A DNA stretch of 63,878 nucleotides, filler included, from Octopus bimaculoides (GCF_001194135.2; 6 parts of 6 records of this genome joined end to end with filler, not necessarily neighbours in it), one strand, 5' to 3'. Shown: positions 13,912-28,019, counted from the whole stretch's first letter. Notes: generated from the letters alone by a model not told the origin. Made by a program: numbers and translations.

Positions 13912-14013
13912 GATTTATTAAAGTTATCTCCCTCTCTAGAGAACGTATCTTAATCCCCAAATGGCAGTTAATTATGGTGTATCCTATAGGAGAGGGGGTA
14001 ATTGTAATAAATC
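13912..14013. repeat. Small MITE-like element with imperfect ~24-bp terminal inverted repeats
   Basis: GATTTATTAAAGTTATCTCCCTCT versus AGAGGGGGTAATTGTAATAAATC. Confidence 0.45.
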
Positions 14014-14654
14014 AAGGCTTAGATCTCGTTTATAGAATTACAAGAAACGGGTGCACAACTCGTGGGCCTTGCCACAGGGTAAAAGGGTGGGAAAAAAAAG
14101 TCGTCTGAGGTTCTATGTGGTCACTAGACTGGTTAGAGATAGTAACCAAATTTCTCCTCAAATTGCACCAAATCTTCTTTAATTCTTAGGAAAGGGTTGA
14201 ATGAATTGTGTGCCGAGCAGGCAAAAAACAAAAATATCTCTGTTTTTGTTTTTAAGGATAATTTTTATACTTAAGTAAGTATAAATAAGTACAAAAACAA
14301 CTGTAATTGCTAATCTCTCCTGCAATAAGATTTATAATCTTATTATCGAAAAGTGCCGTAAAATATTCACTTTCCTTTGCACCGGTCGTGAGATTCCCGT
14401 TTGCTGATGTCAAACGAATGGACAGTTTAATTCTTTCAGTCGTTGGATAGTGGCCATGTTGGGGTACCTTCAACGTGGTGCCCCAGTCGAACCCATCGTG
14501 TCCAGCACTTTTTTTTTCATTATTAAATCTGATATAAAACTGTCCGACGAATGGGAACATGAAACTCTGAGTAACAGTTTTTGTGATATTTTTGCTGCTT
14601 TTTAATCTTGTAAAAGATCTTATCCTATTATTGAATTATATATATATATATATA

Positions 14655-14812
14655 TATATGACAGGCTTCATTCAGTTTCTGCCTACCAAATCCACTCACA
14701 AGGCTTTGGTCGGCCCAGGACTATACCAGAAGACACTTGCCCAAGGTGCCACGCAGTGGGACTGAACCTGAAACAATATGGATGGAAAGCAAGCTTCTTA
14801 CCACACAGCCCC
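14655..14812 (-). mobile_element. SINE family C, 5' half
   Basis: Reverse match to the family C head. Confidence 0.78.
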
Positions 14813-15683
14813 GCCATGGCTGCAAAATGATCTTTTTAACCACACACCAATCCCCACGTGTGGATGATCATAAGTTTCGTTTCTTTCTCTCACCAATCAC
14901 CCATTGATGGATGGATACTGTTATTGGAAAGTAGTCAAGTAGCAAATATAGACGTAATTTTTCTCTTGTTATTTTATTTGTTATCTCATAAAATATTTGA
15001 TTAGATTTATGTTACATATAAATTAGACACACACAGTCATAACATTCTGCCGAGCTTTACATAACTAATCTCTCACACTGTCTCCTCTCTCTCTCTCTCT
15101 CTCTATGTATCTGTCTATGTATTTCTCTCTTTCCGATGATATACCCTCCTACTTTCACCGCCGTCTCTCTCTCTATCTTTCCTCCATCTCACCATTTTGT
15201 TTTTATCTTTCTGTCTATCTAACGATATCGTTCTCATTGCGTCTGTCTCTCCATTCCACAATTATCTTCATACACAACACGCGCGTATTCCCCTATCATC
15301 CTATTTCTCTCAATTTCTTTTTCTGTTTCTATCTACTTATCCCTGCATCTATCGTCTGCTCTCTCCCTCTCTCCCTCTCTCCCTCACTCACTCTCTCATT
15401 CGCTTCTTCTCCCGCCTTCCCTCACTCTCTCCCTAAATCACTCGTCACTCTCGCACTCACTCACTCCCTCTCTCTCTCCATCATTCTTTTAGCCTCCCCC
15501 ATTCTACGCAGTTCTCAAAAGTCTGCAGTTTCAGAGAACGTTCACTTCATATTAGATTGGCAAGTTTCCAAAATGAAGAAAAAATATAAATATATATTTA
15601 AAAATTTATTTGACTTTCATTCTCTGTCAGAACATCTTCAGTTAAGGTGAGATATTCAGCTATGTGGCAACACCTGTCGCAGA

Positions 15684-15684
<1 letters not shown>

Positions 15685-15731
<47 letters not shown>

Positions 15732-15925
15732 GGTGGTGGTGGTGGCAGAGGCGGGTGGTAGGTGTGATTGTAGTGCTAATGGTGGTGGCGCTGACTGTGT
15801 TGGTGGCGATGATGGAGAAGGCTGTCGTTGTGGCGGTGATGGTGGTAGCGGTGTTTATGATGATGGTGCTGGTGGTGTTTATGGAGGTGGGGCTGCTACT
15901 GCTGCTGCTACTACTACTATTAGAG
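15685..15925. repeat. Compound trinucleotide tract (GAT)(GGT)(GCT)(ACT)
   Basis: Directly visible. Confidence 0.9.
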
Positions 15926-16529
15926 GTGGTAAAATTTAGATGTTGTGGCGATGCTCTTCAGCAGAGATGTTCAGACATTAATATCGAAATACAGATGTTG
16001 TTTATTGTATGAGTAAACATGACATGTAGACTATTACAGCTGTATCACGTGACGAAGATGTCTTCTATGCACAAGATAAGACAAGAGTGCTTCGTCGCCA
16101 TATTGTTACTGTTGTTCAGTTGTTGTTCAACCCCACCACTCCCACCTTGCCTCTCCTCACCTTTCACCCGTGCCCGAAGAGTCTTGGTTGAAGAATCCTA
16201 TGGTCAGAGGTATTCTAGTCATAATCATACCATACTTTAGATAAAGCAAGGGCAGCAGCGTAGCTGGTCGGTGATCGAAGGGGCCAGGGAGACAGGAAGA
16301 TCTGGTTGCTATTTCTAGCATATCGAGTGAGCACGTAGAGGCACCTGATGAATATATTTATTGAAAATGCTTGTAATCACCTGATTAGCTTATTGTATGA
16401 TACAAATATAAGCGCTCTAGCCCTTAACTCTTTACACTCGAAAGTCGGGTGGTCCACATCCTGATCATGGCTTCTGGATAGCCATTTGCTGCCACATTCT
16501 GTAAGTATGTTATTGTCATTATCGTTGTC

Positions 16530-16975
16530 TAGCTGGCAGAATCGTTAGCGCGCCGGACAAAACGCTTAGCAGCTTTTCGTCCGTCTTCACGTGCTGAGTT
16601 CAAATTCCGCGGCAGTCGACTTTGCCTTTCATCTTTTCAGGAATGATAAAATAAGAACCAGTCGAGTGCTGGGGGTCGATGAAATCGACTAGGCCCCTTC
16701 CTCCGCCTAAAATCTCAGGGCTTGTGACGGTAGTAGAAAGGATTATTAGAGAGAACGCAAGGCGACGAACTGGCTGAATCGTTAGCACGCCGGGCAAAAT
16801 GCTTCACGGCATTTCGTCCTTCTTTACATCCTGAGTTCAAATTCCACCGAAGTCGACTTTTCTCTTCATCCTGTCAGAGGTCGATAAAGTAAGTACCAGT
16901 TGAGTACTGGGGTCGATGTAATCGAAATACGCCCCTCCTCTTAAACTCCAGACCTTGTGTTTATGGTTAATTTGC
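16530..16975 (+). mobile_element. Two tandem copies of SINE family B
   Basis: Same head, B box and central motif; CpGs retained. Confidence 0.82.
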
Positions 16976-17189
16976 TTTATGCGATGTATCTGCATTAAAT
17001 ACGATATACAGATGGCTAAATTTGTTGGCTACGTACTGGCTATATTATATAATGTCATCGACTGACATGTTTAGACTTAGGTCTCATGCCCAACTATCAC
17101 GTTTTATCGATGCAACTATATAACATTTCCGAAATTCTAAACACTTTCATCTCCAAGCATTTCAGATAAAAATAAAAATAAACGAAACT

Positions 17190-17470
17190 GGTGCTCCGTA
17201 GATTCAACGATGAGCGTTCCAGTTGACGCGATCAATGAAACAGCCTGCATTCGTAACCTTAACGTAGTTTTCAGACATATTCAGTGTGACACAAAATGTG
17301 ACAAGGACAAGTCCTCATTTAAATACAGGTAAAACTCATTCTTTCCAGCTTAGCGAAATGGAGCCACGTGTAACAAAGTGTCATGCACAAGGACACAACA
17401 CCAGACAGGAGCCGAACTCACGTCCTTACGATCGTGAGCCAAGTTCTGTAACAGTCAAGCCACGCGCCTT
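17190..17470 (-). mobile_element. SINE family E (different tRNA head/body, 3' tail shared with family A), diverged
   Basis: GTGTCCTTG..CATGACAC block plus ACTACGTTAAGG..ATTGATCG tail. Confidence 0.6.
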
Positions 17471-17841
17471 CCCCTGAATTTTCAGATGAAGAAGTAACAA
17501 ATGTATTCTTTTTGCTAAAGTTTCTTTGTGTGGAAAAAGTCAAGGTACTCGATTCTGCGCATTTCAGCTTTTTAACTGCTTGCTTGAAATAAATACTTAA
17601 TAGATTTAGCGGTTCTGAGGGAGTCGGAGAATTGAGGGTGGGAGTTGATTTTTAAAAGCAACACTGAATTATGCAATAAATTCCTACATTAATACGGTTG
17701 GTTTACAAACTGGAGATTTTCAAACACCACTTTATCTATAAACAAACAAGTTGCTTAAGAAGCATAAATATCTTATTTAGTTTTATCTATTTCGTTTTTT
17801 CCGCTGTCAGACTTTCGGGTGGCGCACAATTAATCCACACA

Positions 17842-17895
<54 letters not shown>

Positions 17896-17949
17896 AATAC
17901 ACACATACATATATATGTCTATGTGTATATGCGTTTATGGGCGTGTATG

Positions 17950-18001
<52 letters not shown>

Positions 18002-18072
18002 TATGTATACATATATACATGTGCGTGTATATACGTGTGTGAGTGTTTATATTTTTATGCATATATGCATAA

Positions 18073-18137
<65 letters not shown>

Positions 18138-18954
18138 NNNNNNNNNNNNNNNNNNNNNNNNNNNNNNNNNNNNNNNNNNNNNNNNNNNNNNNNNNNNNNN
18201 NNNNNNNNNNNNNNNNNNNNNNNNNNNNNNNNNNNNNNNNNNNNNNNNNNNNNNNNNNNNNNNNNNNNNNNNNNNNNNNNNNNNNNNNNNNNNNNNNNNN
18301 NNNNNNNNNNNNNNNNNNNNNNNNNNNNNNNNNNNNNNNNNNNNNNNNNNNNNNNNNNNNNNNNNNNNNNNNNNNNNNNNNNNNNNNNNNNNNNNNNNNN
18401 NNNNNNNNNNNNNNNNNNNNNNNNNNNNNNNNNNNNNNNNNNNNNNNNNNNNNNNNNNNNNNNNNNNNNNNNNNNNNNNNNNNNNNNNNNNNNNNNNNNN
18501 NNNNNNNNNNNNNNNNNNNNNNNNNNNNNNNNNNNNNNNNNNNNNNNNNNNNNNNNNNNNNNNNNNNNNNNNNNNNNNNNNNNNNNNNNNNNNNNNNNNN
18601 NNNNNNNNNNNNNNNNNNNNNNNNNNNNNNNNNNNNNNNNNNNNNNNNNNNNNNNNNNNNNNNNNNNNNNNNNNNNNNNNNNNNNNNNNNNNNNNNNNNN
18701 NNNNNNNNNNNNNNNNNNNNNNNNNNNNNNNNNNNNNNNNNNNNNNNNNNNNNNNNNNNNNNNNNTGTGAGGAGACGAGGGATATACTTTAATTACGACT
18801 GGAAAGAAACCTGTTCCGAAAGGTTTGCGCAATCGTCTTTGTCTTGTCGGCCATTTTTATCAGTACATTGAAAGGGATAACGAAAATGCACACAGACATA
18901 CACACACACACACATGGTCATATCCTTCCATCCACTCACGCATACATACATATA

Positions 18955-19347
18955 TAATTGTGGCTGTGTGGTAAGAAGCTTGCTTCCCAACCACATGGTT
19001 CCGGTTTCGGTCCCACTGCGTGGACCCTTGGGCAAATATCTTCTACTATAGCCTCGGACCGTCCAAAGCCTTGTGAGTGGATTTGGTTGATGGAAACTGA
19101 AAGAAGCCTATCGTATATAATAGTATATATATATCTGTGTGCGTGTGTGTGTGTGTGTGTGTGTATGTGTGTGTGTATGTATGTGTGTGTGTGTGTACGT
19201 GTGTGTGTGCGTGTGTGTGTATCCACCACCCTTTGACAACCGGTGTTGGTGTATTTATTTTCCTCGTAACTTAACGGTTCGGCGAAAGAGCCCGATAGAA
19301 TAAGTACCAGGCTTACAAAGAAAAAGTCCCGGGGTCAATTTGTTCGA
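18955..19347 (+). mobile_element. SINE family C with internal (TA)/(TG) tract, cut by a gap
   Basis: Head, microsatellite, then 3' half. Confidence 0.85.
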
Positions 19348-20077
19348 NNNNNNNNNNNNNNNNNNNNNNNNNNNNNNNNNNNNNNNNNNNNNNNNNNNNN
19401 NNNNNNNNNNNNNNNNNNNNNNNNNNNNNNNNNNNNNNNNNNNNNNNNNNNNNNNNNNNNNNNNNNNNNNNNNNNNNNNNNNNNNNNNNNNNNNNNNNNN
19501 NNNNNNNNNNNNNNNNNNNNNNNNNNNNNNNNNNNNNNNNNNNNNNNNNNNNNNNNNNNNNNNNNNNNNNNNNNNNNNNNNNNNNNNNNNNNNNNNNNNN
19601 NNNNNNNNNNNNNNNNNNNNNNNNNNNNNNNNNNNNNNNNNNNNNNNNNNNNNNNNNNNNNNNNNNNNNNNNNNNNNNNNNNNNNNNNNNNNNNNNNNNN
19701 NNNNNNNNNNNNNNNNNNNNNNNNNNNNNNNNNNNNNNNNNNNNNNNNNNNNNNNNNNNNNNNNNNNNNNNNNNNNNNNNNNNNNNNNNNNNNNNNNNNN
19801 NNNNNNNNNNNNNNNNNNNNNNNNNNNNNNNNNNNNNNNNNNNNNNNNNNNNNNNNNNNNNNNNNNNNNNNNNNNNNNNNNNNNNNNNNNNNNNNNNNNN
19901 NNNNNNNNNNNNNNNNNNNNNNNNNNNNNNNNNNNNNNNNNNNNNNNNNNNNNNNNNNNNNNNNNNNNNNNNNNNNNNNNNNNNNNNNNNNNNNNNNNNN
20001 NNNNNNNNNNNNNNNNNNNNNNNNNNNNNNNNNNNNNNNNNNNNNNNNNNNNNNNNNNAGTAGTTAATCTCAATTAA

Positions 20078-20156
20078 TGGTCGGCATGACGACGACGACG
20101 ATGATGACGATGATGATGATGATGATGATGATGATGGTGATGATGATAATGATGAC

Positions 20157-20205
<49 letters not shown>

Positions 20206-20297
20206 GTGATGACGACGACGACGATGATGATGATGATGATGATGACGATGGTGATGATGATGACGACGATGATGATGATGGTGATGATGATGACGAC

Positions 20298-20337
<40 letters not shown>

Positions 20338-20503
20338 GTGATGATGATCTCACACATTGCAACTTCTTCACTTCTTTTTCTGCTTCTTATTTTTCTTCTT
20401 CCTCACTTCTTCATCATCATCATTTTCTTCTTCATATTCTTCTTCTTCTTCTTCATATTCTTCTTCTTCTTCTTCATATTCTTCTTCTTCTTCTTCTTCT
20501 TAG

Positions 20504-20539
<36 letters not shown>

Positions 20540-20725
20540 CCTTCTTCTTCGTCATCGTCGTCGTCGTCGACATCATCATTATCTGCAACAACAGCAGCAG
20601 CAACATACTTCTCCGTGTTTTCACTTTGTCGCTCTCCTCCTCCTTTTCCTCCTCCACCTTGTATTCTACTACTACTACCACTACTACTACTACTACTATT
20701 ACTACTACTACTACTACTACTACCG
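20078..20725. repeat. Large compound trinucleotide array (GAT/GAC)n-(TTC)n-(CAT)n-(TAC)n
   Basis: Directly visible; source of the homopolymer ORFs. Confidence 0.95.
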
Positions 20726-20980
20726 TTTTCTTTGTATTCATTGCCATTTACGCAAGAAACGAAAAAGAAAAAGATAAGCGAATCGAATTATCATGCCGCG
20801 TTCTTGAGATCACGTGACCCGCGGCCAGTTTCAGTGGCTGTGAATTAATCTACATTCACGTGTTGTATATGACGTCAGTCTCGCCTAGAAAGTTCGAGAA
20901 ACCGGGAGCCTAATGGAGAGATTCTAATTGCGTTTAACGGAGCTAAAAATATTATAGACGGATCTTATCTCATTGTTTTC

Positions 20981-21045
<65 letters not shown>

Positions 21046-22679
21046 CGACCATTATTACTATTGTGTGTATTTCTTTTTCAAGCATGTTACTCCATTCCCG
21101 TTCTCTGGACTCAAGAAGAATGAAAGAACCTTCTGTTTGTTTCGCCGACGAGTGTCCCGATGTTATTTGATCAACAGAAAACATTTTTTGCTCTATGAGT
21201 TTATTGTGTAAGTGGCTGAGTATTCCAGATACAACTTTAACGTCATTCCTGAAATAATCACGTGATACAGCGTGTCACAAAATCGGTTGTTTGAATACTA
21301 GAGATACTTTTTTCTTCATCAACTTTTGCATCCAAGGTTTGAACAGATTGGCGACTATTTTAAAAGACATGTTCAAAGCGTCACGCAGCCGACACTTGTC
21401 CAAGAATACGTGATTGCGAAACCATGTCTGTAATACTTCCTTTGGGTCGTAACTAATTTCTGTTCTTCTTTCTTTGTAGTAGTCCATTTGCATATAAGAG
21501 TATAAGTAGGACAGCAACAACAACAACAAAAAAATGGCACTCCGTCGGTTACGACGACGAGGGTTCCAGTTGATCCGATTAACGTAATAGCCTGCTCGTG
21601 AAATCAACATTTGATCGTTCATCGCTGATCAGGGATAAAACGGTATGCTCAGTTGTGAACCGTGTTACGCTTATCACGGATTGATCTTTTGTAACATGGG
21701 TCGGTGATTAATCAAAAATCCTGCTTGGACTCCAAAAACTGTGCCCCAGTGACCACTCACAGTGTTCAACTACCCAGAATGTACTGACTGTCGCTTGTGT
21801 TTACATGGCCGTGTTGCAAGGCTGCGTACTTTTTTGTACAGGTTTATGTACTCGTACTCGTCAAGCTGAGAACAATCAGCGGAGGAAATACAGAGATACC
21901 TGACTCTGAGAAGCGACACAGATAAGAATAATCTGCACAGGAAAAGAGAGAAACGATCAAGAAAATATGTGGCGGTGGAAACGTCGCTTTTGGTGTCAGT
22001 GAATCTAGTAGTTGTTCTACTCATTAAGTTCGTGAGGGTGATTCATTTATCACGGAAGCATTTATCTCGGTGTTTTTTTTTTAAACCAAACCTCCGTGGC
22101 AAACGAGGGTAGTTGTGTTACCGAACTTACAGCTTTGTACTCAGAAGACATTCTCGTTAAGACATATAGTCATCGCTCTATGAAGAGATGGTACGAATAC
22201 TCACAAACACAACACGGCATCTGGGAATATAAATGAGAATATAATAAAAGCGAATTCGGTGATATGCTGAAGGTCCAATGTCCAGCCTATCAACGAAGAC
22301 ATGTAAACTATTTCATATGTAATCTCAATTTTAATTCTTTGAGGATTTACAAGCGCACATCTGTTGCATGCTGTAACATGACACAATATGTAATAAACAA
22401 ATGCAGACTTCGATAATCTCCTGTTATGAATTGTTCCGACTCTTAATCCGTTGTTAAGATATCATCTTAGGAAATGGATATTTTTGGAAATTAATCACCA
22501 TAGTTTAGGAGTGGTGAGAAATAGAAGTTGTTTGTTTATAATTCTCCGTTCAGTGACACAAGTTAAGTGAAGTGAAAGTGATTGTTCGATTAGTGTACAG
22601 GCCTTGATATGTAATCGATAACTAAAGGAATACAGGCTTCTTATTGATTGCGCATATATATTATATCAACGGATTAAAC

Positions 22680-22913
22680 GCGGCGGCGAGCCGGCAGAAT
22701 CGTTAGCACGGTGGGCGAAATGCTTACCGGTATTTCGTCTTCCTTTACGTTTCATCTGCCTTTACGTTCTGAGTTCAAATTCCGCCGAGGTTGACTTTAC
22801 CTTTCATCTTTTTGGAATCGATAAATTAAGTACCAGTTGCGTACTGGGGTCGATCTAATCGACTGGCCATTCCTCCCCAAATATTTCAGGCCTTGTGCCT
22901 AGAGTAGAAAAGA
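22680..22913 (+). mobile_element. SINE family B
   Basis: Full copy, colinear with 37426-37645. Confidence 0.85.
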
Positions 22914-23596
22914 ATATTTTTATCTAATTCCAAGATTCCGGAAAACTGTTTGTCTCTGATATGAACGGCATCTTTGCATTATCTTCACCGGTAACAAGAA
23001 AACGAGGCTAGAACAAAAACAGGCTGACATTATTCCAAAGTCAACTTGAAGCACCGTTTCGATGTAGCAGAAAGATGTATGCCGCTTATGTAATAACAAG
23101 CATTTTATATATAGTATTGCACCGGTGCTACTCGATCTGAAATGACAAAATGCAACGATGTCTATGGATTCACATTCCTATCACTGTCACATCACGAATA
23201 TATTACGAAATATTTTCTACAAAGTTACAAGAACCAACCAGTTAAACGTAGAAAAATATGCGTTTAGCTGCTGGCAGCTCGATGTATAATCCAGTTTCTC
23301 TATTTCAATCTTATTCTCAAATAAACAATGCTAATAATTCGTTCACAAACGCTGTTGATTAGTAAAAGTCAAGAATTTAGTTTTTCACATTGTGCTTGAA
23401 TGTAAAACAACTCATTTTTAACTACTAGTCATGTACCATTAATGTACTTGTAATGTAGTATTGAAATTCAATCTTATTTATCACTCGATCACAAATTTTT
23501 AAGATGCAGAGAACAACTTAATTTGATTTAGTGGCGACACGAGAATCGAAACCATAAGTTTATCTACAGTTCTATATTTAAGAGACGAGGACTTAC

Positions 23597-23715
23597 GTAC
23601 ATTAGTTTTGACGGATATTTGTCCTCATCTTGTTTGTTGTTAACACAACGTTTCGGCTGATATACCCTCCAGCCTTCATCAGGTGTCTTGAGGAAATTTT
23701 ATTTTTCGATGTTGG

Positions 23716-23789
<74 letters not shown>

Positions 23790-23850
23790 TCACTGCCTGG
23801 AATCGAACTCGGAATCTTGGGGTTAGTAGCCCGCGCTCTTAACCATATGG
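23597..23850 (-). mobile_element. tRNA-headed, (TAA)n-containing retroelement with a 3' hammerhead ribozyme
   Basis: B box GAGTTCGATTCC (23810-23799), anticodon-like arm GGGCTACTAACCC, (TAA)n, hammerhead, tail; inverted copy of the tail at 23858-23895. Confidence 0.7.
23643..23686 (-). ncRNA. Minimal type I hammerhead ribozyme, core intact
   Basis: ACAC CUGAUGA A GGCUG-gagggUAUAU-CAGCC GAAA C GUU GUGU: stem I 4 bp, stem II 5 bp, loopless stem III of the Penelope type. Confidence 0.8.
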
Positions 23851-24081
23851 CATAGTAGTTAACAACAAACAAGATGAGGACAAATATCCGTCAAATGTAA
23901 ATAATGTAAATAATGTACATAAGTTTATCTGTATTGCACGGCTATCATTATTTTCCTTACTATTAGAATATATGTGATTTCTGGTCTTGTTCTGTTCTGT
24001 GTGATTAAGCTAGGCTGACATAATGGAGAAGCTAAATTCTTCGTTGCTTCGAGGTGTGAAAACAATAAGATATAAATGGAA

Positions 24082-24127
<46 letters not shown>

Positions 24128-24430
24128 CCGCTGAACAAAAAATTTGACCCAAATATCTTGACTGCAGAATATGAATTTTCAAAGCCAGTTCGTACAATAA
24201 ACATAGAAACAGTTGTCGAAACTTTACAAGAGGTTCGTTAATCTACTGTAAACCTAAAATAACAGAATGGAATTTCTAAAAAAGCTTCTTTCTGACGTAA
24301 GCTGTTCTTTCATATCTTATCTCGGTTCTCAGACAGGTTTTAATTCTTATTTTGACTCTTGTCTCTCTCTCCTCTTCTTAAAATCATTTCAAAGGAGACA
24401 AGGATTCGTATATTCCGAGAACACTTCCTT

Positions 24431-24466
<36 letters not shown>

Positions 24467-24779
24467 TTGCTTTATATTTCATTCATTCGTAGGATGACTG
24501 TGTATGACTGTGTATGTAAGACTATGTCTGCGTTTCTGCTTTACGATGCCATTCCAAACCAATTTAATCTTTGCCGTTTAGATTAACGAACAATCTATTT
24601 GCATTACTACTATTGTTATGTTGATGTTGTTGCTGCTGTTGCTGCTGCTACCGCTGCTATATTTGCTTGGTCACCAAGCTCTACTTCGTCCCTTGCAGTG
24701 CATGTTTAACTAGATTATCATTGAGCTTTTCACTTTATCCATACAACTGGCAAGTCTGTCCTTTGTTTAATCATTATCG

Positions 24780-24828
24780 AATGTATGCATGTATATATGC
24801 GTATATATATATGCGTATATATATATGC

Positions 24829-24897
<69 letters not shown>

Positions 24898-25255
24898 CAT
24901 ATATATGTATATGTACATGCATTTATATATATACATACATCCATATATATATGTACATACATACATATATGTATATATACATACATATATGTATACATAC
25001 ATATGTATATATATGTACATACATATACATATGTAGATATATATATATATATACACACATATATATACATATATATATATGTGAACATATATATATATAT
25101 ATATATGTACTTACATATATATATGTACTTACATATATATATGCACATATATATATATATATACATATATATGTACATACATTTATGTACATATATATAT
25201 ACACACACACATACACACATGTATATATAGGTATATATATACGAATGTATGTAAG

Positions 25256-25289
<34 letters not shown>

Positions 25290-25292
25290 TGT
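24780..25292. repeat. Compound (TA)n/(TACA)n/(TATG)n microsatellite
   Basis: Directly visible. Confidence 0.95.
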
Positions 25293-25390
25293 AGGCAAAT
25301 CAAAAATAAGAGCCAAAATAGCAAAAGTCAAACGGACGCACACATTGAATGTATTAGGCAGACCTCGGTTTAAGATGGAAGAAAGAGAAG

Positions 25391-25425
25391 GTGTAACGTT
25401 TCGAGCATGGCTCTTCATCAGAAAC
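25391..25425 (-). ncRNA. Minimal hammerhead ribozyme, core intact, one stem I mismatch
   Basis: GUUU CUGAUGA A GAGC-cau-GCUC GAAA C GUU ACAC. Confidence 0.6.
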
Positions 25426-26340
25426 AGCAAAAAAAGTAAGGTCCGGAGAGAATGAAAAGAATAGTCCTAGAAAAGCACGTGTGTGTGGTGATTATATGGT
25501 TGAAGTGACCGGAAATGGGGAGAGATAGAAAAAGTAGTTTTTGAAGGCAAGAGAGTGCGAAAATGACCAATGTGTGTGTGTGTGTGTGTGTGGTATCTAA
25601 GGGAGTGAACAGCTTTACAAAGAACTAACGAAATAAAAACTAAACTCAAAGCTTGAAAAAAAAAAAGCAAAAAAGAAAGCATGAGCAATTCGTTAGATAC
25701 TCAACCGCTTTTGCCATCCACCGCCTTTGAGGCGGTAATAAAAATAATTTATTTCATTGGTCTAACGTCACAAATTTGTTGAGAAGTAAAGAAAAGACTT
25801 AACTGAATCAACGCCACCGTAACTTGCTTATACTCCAGAAGAGTGGAAAGTAATATTGACCTTAGATTAACCACACCCACTCTCTGCTGGAGGAGAAATT
25901 ATAATAATTTATTACCTACTTTCAAGGTCAGGAATAAATTAGAGACAGGAAAGAGATTTTTGCAACATTCATTCATAATCCACGTGATGCGTGGATATCG
26001 ATTTGAAATCAGTTCGATCTAGAATCGAAATCAAATCATGAAATCTGATCGCCGAAAGCTAATCCCTGTTAGATGCAGACCGGAACCCACAATAATAATG
26101 GTGAGAGTTCGAGTAGGTAAATCTAAATTAAATTAAGTTAATAGAAAGTTGATGTTTTAGTAAGGAGAGGTGGAGTCGAGTTATGACCCCTTTTTTTTTA
26201 TGAATGATTTACAGGAAACTGCAGGTGTTCGTGTTTTCATTTACTTCGTTGATGTATGGAGATTTTGATACGACTTTTGCTGGTAAGCATCAGGTCAGAG
26301 ATATGATGCGATATAAGCTGGCAGCAATGATGATGATCGT

Positions 26341-26342
26341 GA

Positions 26343-26431
<89 letters not shown>
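26341..26431. repeat. (GAC)n microsatellite
   Basis: Directly visible. Confidence 0.95.
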
Positions 26432-26432
<1 letters not shown>

Positions 26433-26660
26433 AGGTGATGATATTTATAATGAGGAAGTATGCTTCAGTATGGCGCTGTATTCTTATACATGCATACACA
26501 TATATGTAACCTATATAGTAGATATGTATATACATATATACATATATATGTGTGTGTATATATATATATATATGTAAGTAGGTATGTATTATATACATGT
26601 ACGCATGTATGTAAATGTATATGTACATATGTATTTATTGTCCATGTATGTGTATATGAA

Positions 26661-26716
<56 letters not shown>

Positions 26717-27459
26717 CATATACGCACACATACATACGCATGCGCACACATATATATATATACACACGTGTATGTATAGGTATATTTAATAGTAAACCTT
26801 ACCGTTGCATGAAACGCCGCCATGTAATGCAACAATATACACTCGATCATGTCGTCTGCTTCCTTTGTTGTCTCCTCTTCCTCTTCCTCTCTCCTACCTC
26901 TCCAATGGCGGGGGTTAACCGTAGACAGGATGTAGAGGTGACATCGCAGGTGAAACTCGTACTTGTACAGAATTACTTCTTTTTTTACTGCCTTTCGTTA
27001 AAAGAGAGGTTTTATTTAACTGTTTTTCTGTTTATGTTTGCTTCTAGTTCTGTTCTTTTTTGTCTCCAATCAGGAAAAGTGAATGCGGACAACATATTTC
27101 TAATAGCCAACTGCATATTTGCACTGTATCATCAACATCATCATCATCATCATCGTTGTCGATGTTGTCACTTAACGTCCGCTTTTCTCTATCGACATGA
27201 GTCCGACAGAATTTCGTTGGAGCAGATTTGTCTACAGCCAGATGCTCTTCCTGTCGTCAACCCTCACCTATTTCCTTCCAATTAAGGTGATGTTTCTTAA
27301 TGGCCAAATATCTTTTACTGGAAACGAGAAGCCTTGGTTGTATGACGGTGATGCTCATTTACGACCATCACGTGATGTTTGAACAAGTGTACTCACACAC
27401 ACACACATACATAGACACTTAAATTTACATATATTCAGAAAGATAAACACATGCGTACA

Positions 27460-27580
<121 letters not shown>

Positions 27581-28019
27581 AGAACATATATGTATATATA
27601 GAACATTAAAAAATACAGAAAACTACGAAGAGAATGCCTAATTTATTAACTCGGCAGCTGTTTCAGGAAATTCGGAGTTACGTAATAATCGTAATATTCA
27701 CGATTTGCATATGGAATATACAAAACGTCTTGGGTATGCTACGAGTAAACGGTCACGAGGAAATATTACAATGCGTTCGGCTCTCCTCGTCAAGAGAAAG
27801 CTGGCAAAAACGGCTCACATAGTAATGCCAGGGATTTAAACAGTTGGAGGAAACGAGAAGGAAAAATAATAACAGCAGTCAGCAAGAAGAAGGAGAATAG
27901 ATGTAATGCAAGGAGGAGGAACAGAGGCAGAAAAGATGGCGTAAAAGGCAGGAAGGGAGATATATGGTATACCGTGGGTGTACATTTAGATCTACGATTG
28001 CAACTGTTGAATTCAAGGC

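Noticed and set aside
20070-20848. Poly-M/I/S/T/V/F ORFs (also 15664, 24667, 26204)
   Set aside because: Simple-repeat translations with no domain structure or splice evidence.
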